NCBI RefSeq assembly: GCF_002113885.1
Contig: NW_018404383.1
Coordinates: 66,965 to 130,964 of the forward strand
From: Mizuhopecten yessoensis
Taxonomy: Eukaryota
Direction: 5' to 3'
Length of the DNA: 64,000 nucleotides
Below, piece after piece: positions 15,620 through 29,440 of the stretch. The notes under the pieces are model-generated. The model was given only the letters and a program-made list of their open reading frames with translations, was not told the origin of the DNA and ran no database searches. Within the stretch, counting starts at the first letter, position 1, and the number at the start of each line of letters is the position of its first letter. The translations under genes and the position numbers were made by a program.

Positions 15620-16420
15620 GAGCCATCAAACAAAATCATGTTTAGAAAAACAACAAGAACTTTGGCGACATCAAATAAAGAGTAGAGACAACAACATGAA
15701 CTATGGAGGCATCAAACAAAGTATAGACAATAACATGATATATGGCGCCTTCAAACGAGCTCAAGCTATAGACAACAGCAGGAATTATGGCGACATCAAA
15801 CAAGCTTAAAGTATAGACAACAGCGGGAACTATAGCGCCATCAAACAATCTCAACATCTTGACAACAGCGGGAACTATGGAAACTTCAATATCAAACTTA
15901 GGGTATAGACAACAACAGGCACTATGGCGCCATTAAACAAGCTCAAAGTATAGACAACAGCGTGAACTTTGGCGCCATCAAACACGTTCAACGTATCGAC
16001 AACAACAGGAACTATTGCGCCATCAAACAAGCTCAACGTATAGACAGCAACAGGCACTATGGCGCCATAAAACAAGCTTAAAGAATAGACAACAGCGTGA
16101 ACTTTGGCGCCATCAACCAAGTTCAACGTATAGACAACAGCGGGAACTATACCGCCATCAAACAAGCTCAATGTAAAGACAACAACAGGCACTATGGCGT
16201 CATAAAACAAGCTCAAAGAATAGACAACAGCGTGAACTTTGGCGCCATCAACCAAGTTCAACGTATAGGCAACAGTGTGAACTATGGCGCCATCAAACAA
16301 GCTCAAAGTAAAGACAACAACAGAAACTATGGCGCCATCAAACAATCTCAACGTATAGACAACAGTGGGAACTATGGTGCCATCAAACAAACTAAATATG
16401 AAGACAACAACAGGCACTAA
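15620..16420. repeat. Minisatellite, 45-bp unit, ~18 copies
   Basis: Unit approx. ggcgccatcaaacaagctcaacgtatagacaacagcgggaactat; gives 15-aa periodic ORFs on both strands. Confidence 0.95.
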
Positions 16421-17704
16421 AAAGATCCTAGTTAAAACAATAACAGGAATTATGAAAACCTGAAACAAACGGAAACATACATTAACTTCCACATTGCACA
16501 TATCAATACCCTAAACATATAGTTGTCTGACATGAAAACTCAAATATCTGATATACAGAAACAGATAATGGCAGACTCTTAAATTGATGTCGTGATGAGA
16601 GCTGTACAATAGGGTAGGCTATGATAAAACCTTTCGGTAGATAACCGTGGACGCATCTATCCTCAAAATCCTCATGCTAAGAAATACCCTTGAATTTTCA
16701 AATTAGCGGTTTATCATTATAAACCAATGTAATCAATCCTTTTTTAACATAATTTTATTTTTGTTAAATACATATTTTTGAATCTTTATTGTGGAAGACT
16801 CAACAACGACGATATTTTGTTCAAGCTTATCCTATTTAGTCCGTGTCTGAGGCCATACGTAATGCAACGTGACAAATATGAATGCTGCATGTGATGTTTA
16901 GGAAAGAACTTGATATAAACTCAAGTGGGCGATATTAAATGTCTATTGTACAAAATGGAATCCTAGAACACTAAAACACATCCTGGTGATGACGTATGGT
17001 TTATTATTTGCTGCTGTTTTTATTATCATTAGAAATACATTGAACGCATACATAAAGATATCATTGAATTTAAATATCATTTTGTAGCCTAAAACTGAAT
17101 CAGTTATTGCTATACGCAAGTTTTATGACTGGTCCTTTATCAATGTATCCATTTTTATTGCGATTTCATATTTAGTGTTCTTATACATCTGTATTGATAC
17201 CAATCACATTTGGTTGCACCTATTGCTCAAACCGCAATATGACATTAACACAGATAGATAGGTTTGAGTAGCTAGCTTTTACATGTATATAATATCTAAA
17301 TTTCTTCCTTACATCAACATATACTGTATAGGTTATTCAAATTGACGCATACAGCAATTTCTACATCAACTTGCAAATTTCTTTCCGCATTCTTATAAAA
17401 CTAATTTTGTACCAGGCTATTAAATTTTGAAAATCATAAAGATTTCATGATTCGGTACATTGATGCTTTTCCTCGAAAAATAATCACATCGAGAAATATA
17501 ATATCACAATTATGATCTATATTTCACCTCAACATCAAGTAATATCAAATTATAGTCCATTCCTTGTTCTTGGTATCAGATACTTTGGATGGACAGATCC
17601 TCTTGATGAAAAATAATGTTCGTTTATGGTTTTACTCGATGAAGTCGCTTTAGGTCGCCCGCAATACCTTTTTTTCTGGAATCTTAGTATTTGCCAAGAC
17701 AAGA

Positions 17705-18525
17705 CTAATAGAATCTTTCATCCCCTTGGGGGTAAGATAGGAGAATCTCAACCCGAGGGGAAGGATTCTTAAGTTGCCAAACACGAGGCTTTGCCGAGTG
17801 TTTGGCAACTAAAGAATCTTTCCCCGAGGGTTGAGATTCCACTATCTCACCCACAAGGGGGTGAATGATTCTTTTTCTCTTACCATGTTCTTCATTGTGT
17901 ATCATATGCACAATGTAATGATAACGTTACATGCTAAATTCAGGGTTGACGTGACGTTGATGGATTGTTGACGTGACGTCATTGTATTGTTAAAGTGACG
18001 TCATGCCATTGTTAGGAATAGGGGATTCCCCCGTCTCAACCCTAGGGTGAGACAAGGAAATATCACACCAGTAAAAATGCGGATACACCTGTCCAGGGTA
18101 AGAGAAACACTTTTCTCCCACCCTTCACAGGTGTGTCTCCCGTTTTAGCCGGAAAAGATCAGCTTGTCACCACCTAGGGGGAGATAGCCTCGTGCCGACT
18201 AGCACGTGTTAAATTGTGACGTCATTAAAATGTGTCACCGCTGTTATTGTGACGTCATCAAAAGTGAATGACGATATCCATACCCCGTATGTGTTTTTGT
18301 TTATAAACATGGCAGAACATTGTCGGTGGTGTTGTGATTTAAATAATAGGATGGGAGAAAAATAATCACCCCTACCTTGAGGATGTAAAAGAGAAATTTC
18401 CTACCCTCGGGGTAATTTTTGTTGGTTGTCTAACCTTCGGCAGAGCTTCGGGTTAGACAACAACAAAAAAATCACCCCTCTGATCGGAGATTTATCTGTC
18501 GGAAGGAGAAGATTATATGAATCAT
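17705..18525. mobile_element. Non-autonomous element with a long palindrome at each end (Crypton-like)
   Basis: Imperfect ~160-bp palindrome at 17711-17871 (core agttgccaaacac / gtgtttggcaact). Second palindrome at ~18390-18500 (gttgtctaacc / ggttagacaac). Internal tgacgtca-rich segments. The family assignment comes from remembered architecture, not a search. Confidence 0.6.
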
Positions 18526-19061
18526 TCCGGAGCAAATGGTTTTGTCTCCTTTTAAACCTGCATGTAATTTACTAAATCTTTCTTTCGTTTTTGTTTGGCA
18601 TCGCTGTTATCTTCAAGCGAAAACAATAAAAATATATGTGTGCACGTATCGGCTTCGAGCATACAATTTTTTATATTTTAAAACCTTACCAGCTAAGTTG
18701 AGCTTCAGGTCTAGAGTTTCTGAAAGAATTTGAGCTTTGGTATATTGTTAGACGTAACTTCGATTTCCGATGTCGGCCGCAACTCTAAGGAACGGAATGA
18801 ATTAAGGCAGCTTTATTTTCGTATTCCTTTGAGGCTGGCGATAAACAAGTCTTTTTCTTGCAATACAATAGCTTTGAAATATCACATAGTCAAGTGTTTG
18901 TAGTTTTTCATAAAAATGCCTTAGATGAATTTTAGTGACATGCATTCATGTAACGTAATAGTTATCATTATGATTTTTGTTTTTCAGAGGAAATTGTTTC
19001 GCTTATGTTCTGAAGCAAATCGCGATGTTTTTTTCTTTCCTTAGTTACCGTTGTTGTTGTG

Positions 19062-19300
19062 GACGATTTCGACCTTCCTTTCGTGAACTTTCCCTTTCTG
19101 TTTTGTAACATCTCTGTTTTTCCTACCAACGGTGTGTTTTATGTCGCAGTTAATCTGGTATTCAAGAACTTGCTCAGAATATCATGACTTCGGTGATGGA
19201 TGTCGACAACACAGGGTATCCAAAGATGCAGGTTGATCAACTTTCTGGTCGCCAATGGGATCTTGCAGGGAAATGTGATATTTCTTTGTTTGATATGAAG
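19062..19300 (+). pseudogene. Decayed Penelope-like retroelement RT C-terminal fragment
   Basis: Translates as DDFDLPFVNFPFLFCNIS..NGVF, then after a frameshift SQLIWYSRTCSEYHDF...QGYPK. This matches the PLE motif DDFxFxIVNFPFLxSNIP..YGVYISQLIRYxRACSxYxDF. Confidence 0.75.
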
Positions 19301-19482
19301 TTCATTTTTTTAATTTTGCTCATAAGAGTGCCTTGTGGTTTGTTTGTGTTGTCACTACATGAGTTCTAGATGTGAGGACGTGACATAACTTGAAATTTAT
19401 CTAGATTAACATGGCAGTTGTTGTCAATGAAAAAAGAAGACGCTTACCTTTGAAGAAAACACGGTCTGATTCTCCTCGTTCA

Positions 19483-20040
19483 TTTAGTTTAACGTTCCAT
19501 TAGCACCTTAAGTCATTTAAAGACATGCCTTCATGTGTGTTGAGTATGCATGCTTGCATTTATGTGTGTCGGAGGCAGGGTATATTGGTGTATTTGCCTC
19601 CTTGTGATAGCGCGGACCTGATGCCGACTTTATAGTGCTATCTCACTGAAATGCCATGCCTAAGGCACCAAGAACAGCATTCCACCCGTTGTTGCAATTT
19701 CTCTTAAAGCTTAAACTCGGAATAACAATTACCATTTTTAAGGACTTTGATATTCCCAGTCTGGGGACAGAACGCTTTGCTTTCCTCACCAAGACGAACG
19801 TTCAGTATTAAAGCCAAAAGTGAGGATTTGCCGAGCAAGGCGCTAGGAAATAAAAGGTAGTCGGAGATTGGGAGAAATATAAAGATCCCTACTATTGCAA
19901 TGGGTGCTGCAGGTTTATTTTGGTAGCTCTTGAATCCAAAAGTAGAGGGCACAAAAGCGGATCCCAAATTCTGCAGGGGGTTCCCATTAGTCGCCTCGTA
20001 CGATAAATGCCGTGGGTAACAGCAGGTATATTCTTCTCTT
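19483..20040 (-). mobile_element. SINE copy (Meta-domain-type bivalve SINE), degenerate
   Basis: Core tttatagtgctatctcactgaa...ccacccg. 19570-19690 is clearly homologous to the reverse complement of 63910-64000, and the tail is homologous to 27935-28035. Confidence 0.75.
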
Positions 20041-23000
20041 GATCTCCGACCTAAATGGGTATTTTCAAGCGTCTCCGTGTACATTTTCTATTGTTCATAT
20101 TTTACCCCAGTTTCATCGATTTCGAGTTCGAATTGTGGTTATGCAGACACATAGATATTCTCTTGTATCAACTTGAGCTCCGATCCTTATTTCCTTCCGT
20201 TGACGTGATAGAATATTTTGTCCAACTGGTCTGACGCTATGCTTTATTTTGTCCCTGTGTGTATATCGTTGATATTTAATATTTGCTTTACAAATGGGTC
20301 TGGTGAAATTTGTATTCAAGAAGATCCGTGGGCCGTTGGCGTTGTTAATGCGTGTATCTGAAAGTTTTAAATCACAGACAAACCTGTAGATGTTCTTTTG
20401 CAATGTTAGTAAATATTTGGATTTTGGTATGTACAAAAAAACAATGAGGAAAATTGTCCTTTTCCGCCAGTTCATATGTATCATTTTGTAAATTTAACGT
20501 AATTTCTTTGAAAAACAAATCTTCAGTAAGTATAAATCAACAAATTACTGTTATAGGAAGGACATACTTACTACATGTATGTGTAGCCCTAGTTTTGAAT
20601 AAGATTAATTACAGCAAAGATAAGGAAAAACAAGAAATCATAAACACCCATACAGCTATCGGGTTTAACTTTAATCAATTTTGAAAATGAAATGGTCATT
20701 TCCAAACAAAACAAATGGTTTAAATTCTTTCTCCTATTTTTTTTAAAGACAAATATATTATGGAAGGTAATCATGTTGGAACGCCCGTGTAGTTTCAAAC
20801 TTACAACAGGAATTGTATGGGATTTGTGTACAAACGTTTCTGAAATATCACCGTTTTTCCCTTTTTGCATTAAACAACCTTTTTATGTGAGTAACATTTT
20901 TTCGAGTGTATGAAAACACGGAGACCACTGGTATTTGTGCTAGGTTCGGCAAGGAGCTTATTAAACGTGCTATAGTAAAGATAATTTAATAAATAGTTTA
21001 TAGAGTTTCATAAGATAATTGTTAATCACAAGTTTTGTTTCGATTTTAACTTACAACGTATAATGCTACATGTATGAATGTGTAACGAACATTGAATAGG
21101 TCTTTTGATGGTACTTTATACAAAACGGGGAAATCATATTAATTTATAGCTAATTGCATCAACTCACATATAAAACCCAATCGGATCGATTCTCGGCCTT
21201 ATTTAGTTCTTATTATATTAATTTATATGAGCCTTCACGTTTATAGATATCTAAATTATTTTCAACAAGTTTAAGAATACCATGAATAGCGATTTAAGGG
21301 AGCTATGTATTTGCTGTCTTTATATACTAAGAAATGTATTTCCGTCGTTCATGTAGTTTGCATATTGAATATTAATGACCGACATCTTTCTGTCGTCAAA
21401 TGTTTTGTGTAAAAACGTTTTAACGGTGCTCATCTTTATATACTTGGATTTTAACTGCCTGTGTCACTAACAATCATACCGAAATTAGTTCGTGTGTATT
21501 ACGTCATATTTTGCAATTGTTTTGTGACGTCATATTTATGTTTCATGCTTTCTTATTTTGTGTGTGTATTTTTTTTTTTTTTGTATACATGTACCTATGA
21601 AACAAATGAGACACGATAAAGCTTATATTTTACAAATGGATACAAAGAGTAAGAACAATCTATACAATCAAACATATAAGACACTGTTTAGAACTCCGGC
21701 AAAAATTCCTCTGGAAGTTGGGGGTCGAATCTATACCTACAGATGTACCAGTTGATCCGATTGCGATTACTGGCTATCGCTCGTGCCCTTGTGATGTATA
21801 TTTCGACGTAATGTTCAATGGAAAATGCATACAATTTGACAGATAACTGTATATCCTGCGTTAAAAAGTGTTGGTCACATTTTTTCATTCGTTAAGGAAA
21901 ACAGATCTTTCCGATTGATACGGGAGGAATGAGATTCAACTTGAAGGCTTTGAATATAACCACTGTGGACCGCCACTTTGTGATGTAAGTACTACTATGA
22001 GGGCTACGATAGACTTGTGTGTGGAAGAGTATTATCGTCAGATGATTAGAGTATAAGTAGAGGTCCTCAGACATACAATGTCGGCCAATCGAGAGTCGAG
22101 GGTAACGAGCTTGGCTCTGTCAGGCCTGACAATAGGACAAGATAGACCCATACCTGTCTCAACGCTTAAGGAATTAAAGTCTTATATCTAATAAACAGTT
22201 CACAAATACTTTTTCCTGCCACAGTGATCACGCGCCATGTCAACTTAGCCCCACGAAAGAGAAAGGATTCTTTTAGGTCAAATGTTCTGAGCGTCGGATC
22301 GGAGACGATTCTATGTATAGTTTCTACTACGTGAACAATAACATCATTTTTTTTATCAAAATCTAAGCTACGCTTACACGTTTATCATGTCTTCAGAGTG
22401 TTTGAATTCTGCTTTAAGCTGACTATGAACGAATACTTTGCGGCTGAACCGTGCAAATCAATTAACGAGCGGGGTTATTTCTATCATTGGATTGACGGCC
22501 GATAAGATACACTTTGAAGAAGATGACTTGCAGTTTGGTTGTGGTCGGCCTCACAATGGTGACCACCTTAGCCACGGTGGGTTGGCCTTGATGAGGCATG
22601 CAAGATACTTACTCCGATGTTTGTTGGATTAGGTCGCCTTGTCATGAACTGCCGCTAATGGATTGACAAAAAAACTCCTCAGGGCAAATAATTTTGCTCT
22701 ATCACCGATTAAATATAAATTTGTTTTCAGTATGATGCGAATAATTTGCTTTTGACTATGTTATTTTGCATGAATATTTATATATACAAGATCGAATATA
22801 TTGTAATAAACAGAATTAAAATACATACAGGAGCATTCAAACTATCGTGTGTATGTATTAAGGGGCAGAATTTGTTTAGACTCTTTAAGTAATGAGGACA
22901 GATAATATGCTAACGAGGGACATCCAATACAGTTATATTAAGTAGTGTGTGCCTGTCACAAGTTACAATGTAAATATACATATCAATGATGTTACGGTAA

Positions 23001-23720
23001 ATACATCGAATATAGGGCTATCTGAATTTTTATTTATCCAACAACTGTGTGTGGTTTGTGTTTACCATATTTGTTGGTAATCATTCCGACTACATTCCCT
23101 TTTTTATTTATTTATTTATTTTCCTCTTTTCTTTTTCTTTTAGAGACACATTCTTAAAAAAAACACGGTAGAAAGAGTAATTAGTGATCTAACATAATTT
23201 ATTGATACGTTTTGAGGTAGCAGAACCACAAAAGAAAGCATTTGCAAAGATAATGTTATTTGTCTGAACACGATAGTTTCTGTAAATTAAATGGAAAATT
23301 CATTACAGACATCGATTGCTGAAATGTTTGAAAACAGTCGAGTTTGAATAAGCATAAGTGAACTTTCTGCAACGGGTGTTGTTAACAAATCAAAGATTGT
23401 ATGTCGGTCAGCAACGGTCAAACACAAAGGAGCACACATCCTCTTTAGTTAAACATATACTAATATGATGTGTATATTGTCAGTTAGTGTAGCGAAGCAA
23501 CTGTACAACTAATAGTTTGCCTCTAAGGAAAGAACATTTAACAGTTGTGATATGACGTCATCACAATCGTAGTTGGATGTGTGTAAGTTAAATAGTGAGA
23601 TTACCATTAATGTCATGCAGTATATTTAGTTTCGTTTTGTATTGAGCTGGCCGTTAGATGCCAAATTGTAGGTTCATTTATAAATGATTTAGCATAGAAG
23701 TAATTCGACAGTTAGGTAAA

Positions 23721-26200
23721 TGTTGGGTTTTGTAGTAAGGTGACCGTTATTGCCATACTGTAGATAGACGTGTTGTATTTTTTAGTAAGGTGACCATTAT
23801 TGCCATACTGTATATAGACGTGTTTAGTTTTGTAGTAAGGTGACCGTTATTGCCACACTGTAGATAGACGTGTTTAGTTTTGTAGTAAGGTAACCATTAT
23901 TGCCATACTGTAGATAGACGTGTTGAGTTTTGTAGTAAGGTAACCATTATTGCCATACTGTAGATATACCTGTTTAGTTTTGTAGTAAGGTAACCATTAT
24001 TGCCATACTGTAAATAGACGTGTTTAGTTTTGTAGTAAGGTGACCGTTATTGCCATACTGTAGATAGACGTGTTTAGTTTTGTAGTAAGGTGACCGTTAT
24101 TGCCAAACTGAAGATAGATGTGTTGAGTTTTGTAGTAAGGTAACCATTATTGCCATACTGTTGATATACCTGTTTAGTTTTGTAGTAAGGTAACTATTAT
24201 TGCCATACTGTAGATATACCTGTTTAGTTTTGTAGTAAGGTGACCGTTATTGCCATACTGTAGATAGACGTGTTTAGTTTTGTAGTAAGGTGACCGTTAC
24301 TGCCATACTGTAGATGAACGTGTTGAGTTTTGTAGTAAGGTGACCCTCATTGCCATACTGTAGATAGACGTGTTCAGTTTAAGAGTAAGGTAACCATTAT
24401 TGTCATACTGTAGATAAACGTGTTGAGTTTTGTAGTAAGGTGCCGTTATTGACATACTGTAGATAAACGTGTTGAGTTTTGTAGTAAGGTGACCCTTATT
24501 GCAATACTGTAGATAGACGTGTTTGGTTTCGTAGTAAGGTGACCCTAATTGCCATACTGTAGATAGATGTGTTTAGTTTTGTAGTAAGGTAACCATTATT
24601 GCCATACTGTAGATATACCTGTTTGATTTGTAGTAAGGTAACCATAATTGCCATAATGTAGATAGACATGTTAAGTTTTGTAGTAAGGTAACCATTTTTG
24701 CCATACTGTAGATAGACGTGTTTAGTTTTGTAGTAAGGTAACCATTATTGCCATACTGTAGATAGACGTTATTAGTTTTGTAGTAAGGTAACCATTATTG
24801 CCATACTGTAGATAGATGTGTTTAGTTTTGTAGTAAGGTGATCGTTATTGCCATACCGTAGATAGACGTGTTGAGTTTTGTAGTAAGGTGACCATTATTG
24901 CCATACTGTAGATAGATGTGTTTAGTTTTGTAGTAAGGTGACCCTAATTGCCATACTGTAGATAGACGTGTTGAGTTTCGTAGTAAGGTGACCATTATTG
25001 CCATACTGTAGATAGACGTGTTTAGTTTTGTAGTAAGGTGATCGTTATTGCCATACTGTAGATAGACATGTTGAGTTTCGTAGTAAGGTGACCATTATTG
25101 CCATACTGTAGATAGACATGTTGAGTTTTGTAGTAAGGTGACCATTATTGCCATACTGTAGATAGACATGTTGAGTTTTGTAGTAAGGTAACCACTATTG
25201 CCATACTGTAGATAGACGTGTTGAGTTTTGTAGTAAGGTGACCACTATTGCCATACTGTAGATAGACGTGTTTAGTTTTGTAGTAAGGTAACCATTATTG
25301 CCCTACTGTAGATAGACGTGTTGAGTTTCGTAGTAAGGTGACCATTATTGCCATACTTTAGATAGATGTGTTTAGTTTTGTAGTAAGGTAACCATTATTG
25401 CCATAATGTAGATGGACATGTTAAGTTTTGTAGTAAGTGACCATTTTTGCCATACTGTAGATAGACGTGTTCAGTTTAAGAGTAAGGTAACCATTATTGT
25501 CATACTGTAGGTAAACGAGTTGATTTTTGAAGTAAGGCGACGTTATTGACATACTGTAGATAAACGTGTTGAGGTTTGTAGTAAGGTGACCATTATTGCC
25601 ATACTGTAGATAGACGTGTTGGGTTTTGTAGTAAGGTGCCGTTATTGACATACCGTAGATAAACGTGTTGAGTTTTGTAGAAAGGTGCCGTTATTGACAT
25701 ACTGTAGATAAACGTGTCGAGTTTTGTAGTAAGGTGCCGTTATTGACATTCTGTAGATAAACGTGTTGAGTTTTGTAGTAAGGTGATCATTATTGCCATA
25801 CTGTAGATAGACGTGTTGAGTTTTGTAGTAAGGTGATCATTATTGCCATACTGTAGATAGACGTGTTGAGTTTTGTAGTAAGGAGACCATTATTGCCATA
25901 CTGTATATAGACGTGTTTAGTTTTGTAGTAAGGCAACCATTATTGCCTAACTGTAGATATACATATTTAGTTTTGTAGTAAGGTGACCCTCATTGCCATA
26001 CTGTAGATAGGCGTGTTGAGTTTTGTAGTAAGTTAACCATTATTGCCATACTGTAGATAGACGTGTTTAGTTTTGTAGTAAGGTAACCATTATTGCCTAA
26101 CTGTAGATATACGTATTTAGTTTTGTAGTAAGGTAACCAGTATTGCCATACTGTAGATAGACGTGTTTAGTTTTGTCGTAAGGTGACCATTACTGCCATA
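23721..26200. repeat. Minisatellite, 50-bp unit, ~49 copies
   Basis: Unit tgtagtaaggtgaccattattgccatactgtagatagacgtgtttagttt. Confidence 0.98.
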
Positions 26201-27907
26201 CGGTCTTTTTTGTTTCGTTCGATCTCACCTAGTATTTACTGAAACATGATCCGTGCTCTATCTTTTGAGGTGCTTTATTTGTGGGTGGCAAATAATGGCG
26301 ATGCCAGCGCCATTTCTCAATTAAATTGTCAAAGTAGTTTTATCTGCGTAATAACCCCGCAGTACAATGACACGTCTTAATTGTTTTTACTGGGGTGGGA
26401 AGGTGTTTGCCACGTTATGACTGCCAACATTTATATGTCATATATAGAATGTGTGTCGCATGTGCTATGTATGATATAAAAAGTGCACGAGACCAATAAA
26501 AAACATTTTCGACCGACAATAATAGCGATAAAAACGTTTATCTTACCCAATTATTACAGCAAAGACGCATTAAAAATATTTAATGTGCATTTTGGAAATG
26601 AGAAATTCTGCAACATGTAGTAATTTGCATAAATAGAGGTTGTCTCCCTTCGTATAATCAATTCCCCTCCGCCTGCTGGGTAGTCGGTAATTCATCCTTA
26701 CTTATTTAGCAGCTACTTGAAGCAATTCAGTCTGCACCACACTGATGTATGTGCACTTGACATGGACAATGGTGATCTCAAGTGCCCGTGGATTGCACGT
26801 CCTTGACATGATGTACTCTGGGGATCCCCTTGAATACGCGATGTTTAACCACAAAGGAGTATTTATGTGCCAATACTTACGGATTAAGTTAAATCCGTAT
26901 CATAAAATCTCAATAAACAGTACTTCTAATATTACTCATGTTTGACCAGATATAGTACTTGCATTGTATGTATATTTATAAAAGCGTCAGATAAGATGAT
27001 CATTATAAGTTGACAGCTGTGTATATACTACAGAGACAATAACGGCCGTTTTATGCAGATAAGGATATATGAATTGAGCTGGTCAGAGCCACTCGACCGT
27101 CCTGTGTTTACGGACCCCTACAACGAATAACCTAGTTCACAAGCAAGATCCTCAAGATATATTTGGCAGTTTCAGAAAAAAAATCCTCTTATGAATTTTG
27201 ATAGGGAGGCTTTGGATGGGTATCAGTGTGTTTTGGGCAGCGATGCAGAAACGGGTGTTTGTAAACAATGGCGAAAAAGCAAGGTGTTTGAAGATCGACA
27301 AGAACTGCTATGACAAGTGGGGCCCGACGGATCCTCCAATTATTTGGGGTTAATCACGTGACAGCGATCTATCTGCCTGGATGGACAATGGTTCTACTTA
27401 CCAACCTTACACGTCAAGGTCGCACGCTCACCTCGCCTCAGACTCGGGGCCTTTTGTTGGCAGACTTCTCGCTTAGTTTGTTCCCCTCTCTCTTGCCACC
27501 ACAGTAGATTTTCACAATCTAAACACGGCTTCGTCATGCATAAAATGTAGATTTTATAGTTAGACCATATCTATGGCCGCGCCTTACTACGACGGGTGGA
27601 AACATAAGTTGATGCTCAAACAGACGGGTGATGTAAAGTATTAGAAAACAGGTGTTGATCGCGAACACACCAAGGTTGCTTCAAATTTCAAAACAAGTTT
27701 AGTATACTGTATATAGAGAGGGGTCCTCGTAAAACATTTGTCTATAACCATGTTCAATGGCAGCATTTTATAATTCCTTTTAACTGCTTAATCGTGAAGT
27801 ATGCTGAATAGCAAAAAGGGTTAAATCTGTCTGCCATAGAGCAAAAGTATTAAGCTGAGGAGATTGTATTGAAATGAGAATGCGACATTCTGAAACACAA
27901 CTTACGT

Positions 27908-28045
27908 TGTTTGGTTTTGGTTTGGTTTTATTTTATTTAACGTCAAATTAACAGCTAAGGTCATTTAAGGACGGCCTCCCATGTGTGCAAGATGCATGCG
28001 TGTAGTGTATGTGTGTGTATTTTGGGAGGCTGCGATGTTTGTATG
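27908..28045 (-). mobile_element. 5'-truncated SINE (3' tail only), same family as 19483-20040
   Basis: (gtttg/gtttt)n tail followed by tttaacgtc..ttaacagctaaggtcatttaaggacggcctccc..gcatgcgtgt..gggaggctgcg. Confidence 0.7.
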
Positions 28046-28129
28046 CATTGTAAGTTCCGTGCTATCGTGTGTCATATACAATATACATTGTAACTCCGAA
28101 GCATTTGTAGGTTCCTAGGTACGATGTTA

Positions 28130-29440
28130 TTGTTCCGTGGTATGATGTTTCATTTCTATGGTAAAATGATAAGTTTCTGGTGTTTGATGTTTACGTTCCG
28201 TGGTATGATGATTCGTTTCTGTGGTATAATGATACGTTTCCGGTGTTTGATGTTTACGTTCCGTGGTATGATGATTCGTTTCTGTGGTATAATGATACGT
28301 TTCCGGTGTTTATGTTTATGTTCCGTGGTATGATGTTTCGTTTCTATGGTATAATGATACGTTTCCGGTGTTTGATGTTTATGTTCCGTGGTATGATGAT
28401 TCGTTTCTGTGGTATAATGATACGTTTCCGGTGTTTATGTTTATGTTCCGTGGTATGATGTTTCGTTTCTATGGTATAATGATACGTTTCCGGTGTTTGA
28501 TGTTTATGTTCCGTGGTATGAGGTTTCGTTTCTGTGGTATAATGATTAGTTTCCGGTGTTTGATGTTTAGTTTCCGTGGTATGATGTTTCGTTTCTGTGG
28601 TATAATGATACGTTTCCGGTGTTTATGTTTATGTTCCGTGGTATGAGGTTTCGTTTCTGTGGTATAATGATTAGTTTCCGGTGTTTGATGTTAAGTTTCC
28701 GTGGTATGATGTTTCGTTTCTGTGGTATAATGATACGTTTCCGGTGTTTATGTTTATGTTCCGTGGTATGAGGTTTCGTTTCTGTGGTATAATGATTAGT
28801 TTCCGGTGTTTGATGTTAAGTTTCCGTGGTATGATGTTTCGTTTCTGTGGTATAATGATACGTTTCCGGTGTTTATGTTTATGTTCCGTGGTATGATGTT
28901 TCGTTTCTGTGGTATAATGATACGTTTCCGGTGTTTATGTTTACGTTCCGTGGTATGATGTTTCGTTTCTGTGGTATAATGATACGTTTCCGGTGTTTAT
29001 GTTTACGTTCCGTGGTATGATGATTCGTTTCTATGGTATAATGATAAGTTTTCAGTGTTTTTTGTTTAGTTTCCGTGGTATGATGTTTCGTTTCTGTGGT
29101 ATAATGATAAGTTTCCGGTATTTGATGTTAAGTTTCCGTGGTATGATGTTTCGTTTCTGTGGTATAATGATTAGTTTCCGGTGTTTGATGTTTACGTTTC
29201 GTGGTATGATGTTTAGTTTCTGTTGTATAATGATAAGTTTCCAGTGTTTATGTTTACGTTCCGTGGTATGATGTTTCGTTTCTTTGGTATAATGATTAGT
29301 TTCCGGTGTTTGATGTTTACGTTTCGTGGTATGATGTTTAGTTTCCTTGGTATGATGTTTCGTTTCTGTTGTATAATGATAAGTTTCCGGTGTTTGATGT
29401 TTACGTTTCGTGGTATGATGTGTAGTTTCTATGATATTAT
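28130..29440. repeat. Higher-order minisatellite, 62-63-bp unit made of three ~21-bp subunits, ~21 copies
   Basis: ttccgtggtatgatgtttcgt / ttctgtggtataatgatacgt / ttccggtgtttgatgtttatg. Confidence 0.97.

Noticed and set aside
15642-16501. 208-aa hydrophobic and 107-aa ORFs
   Set aside because: Both are readings of the 45-bp minisatellite with no non-repetitive domain.
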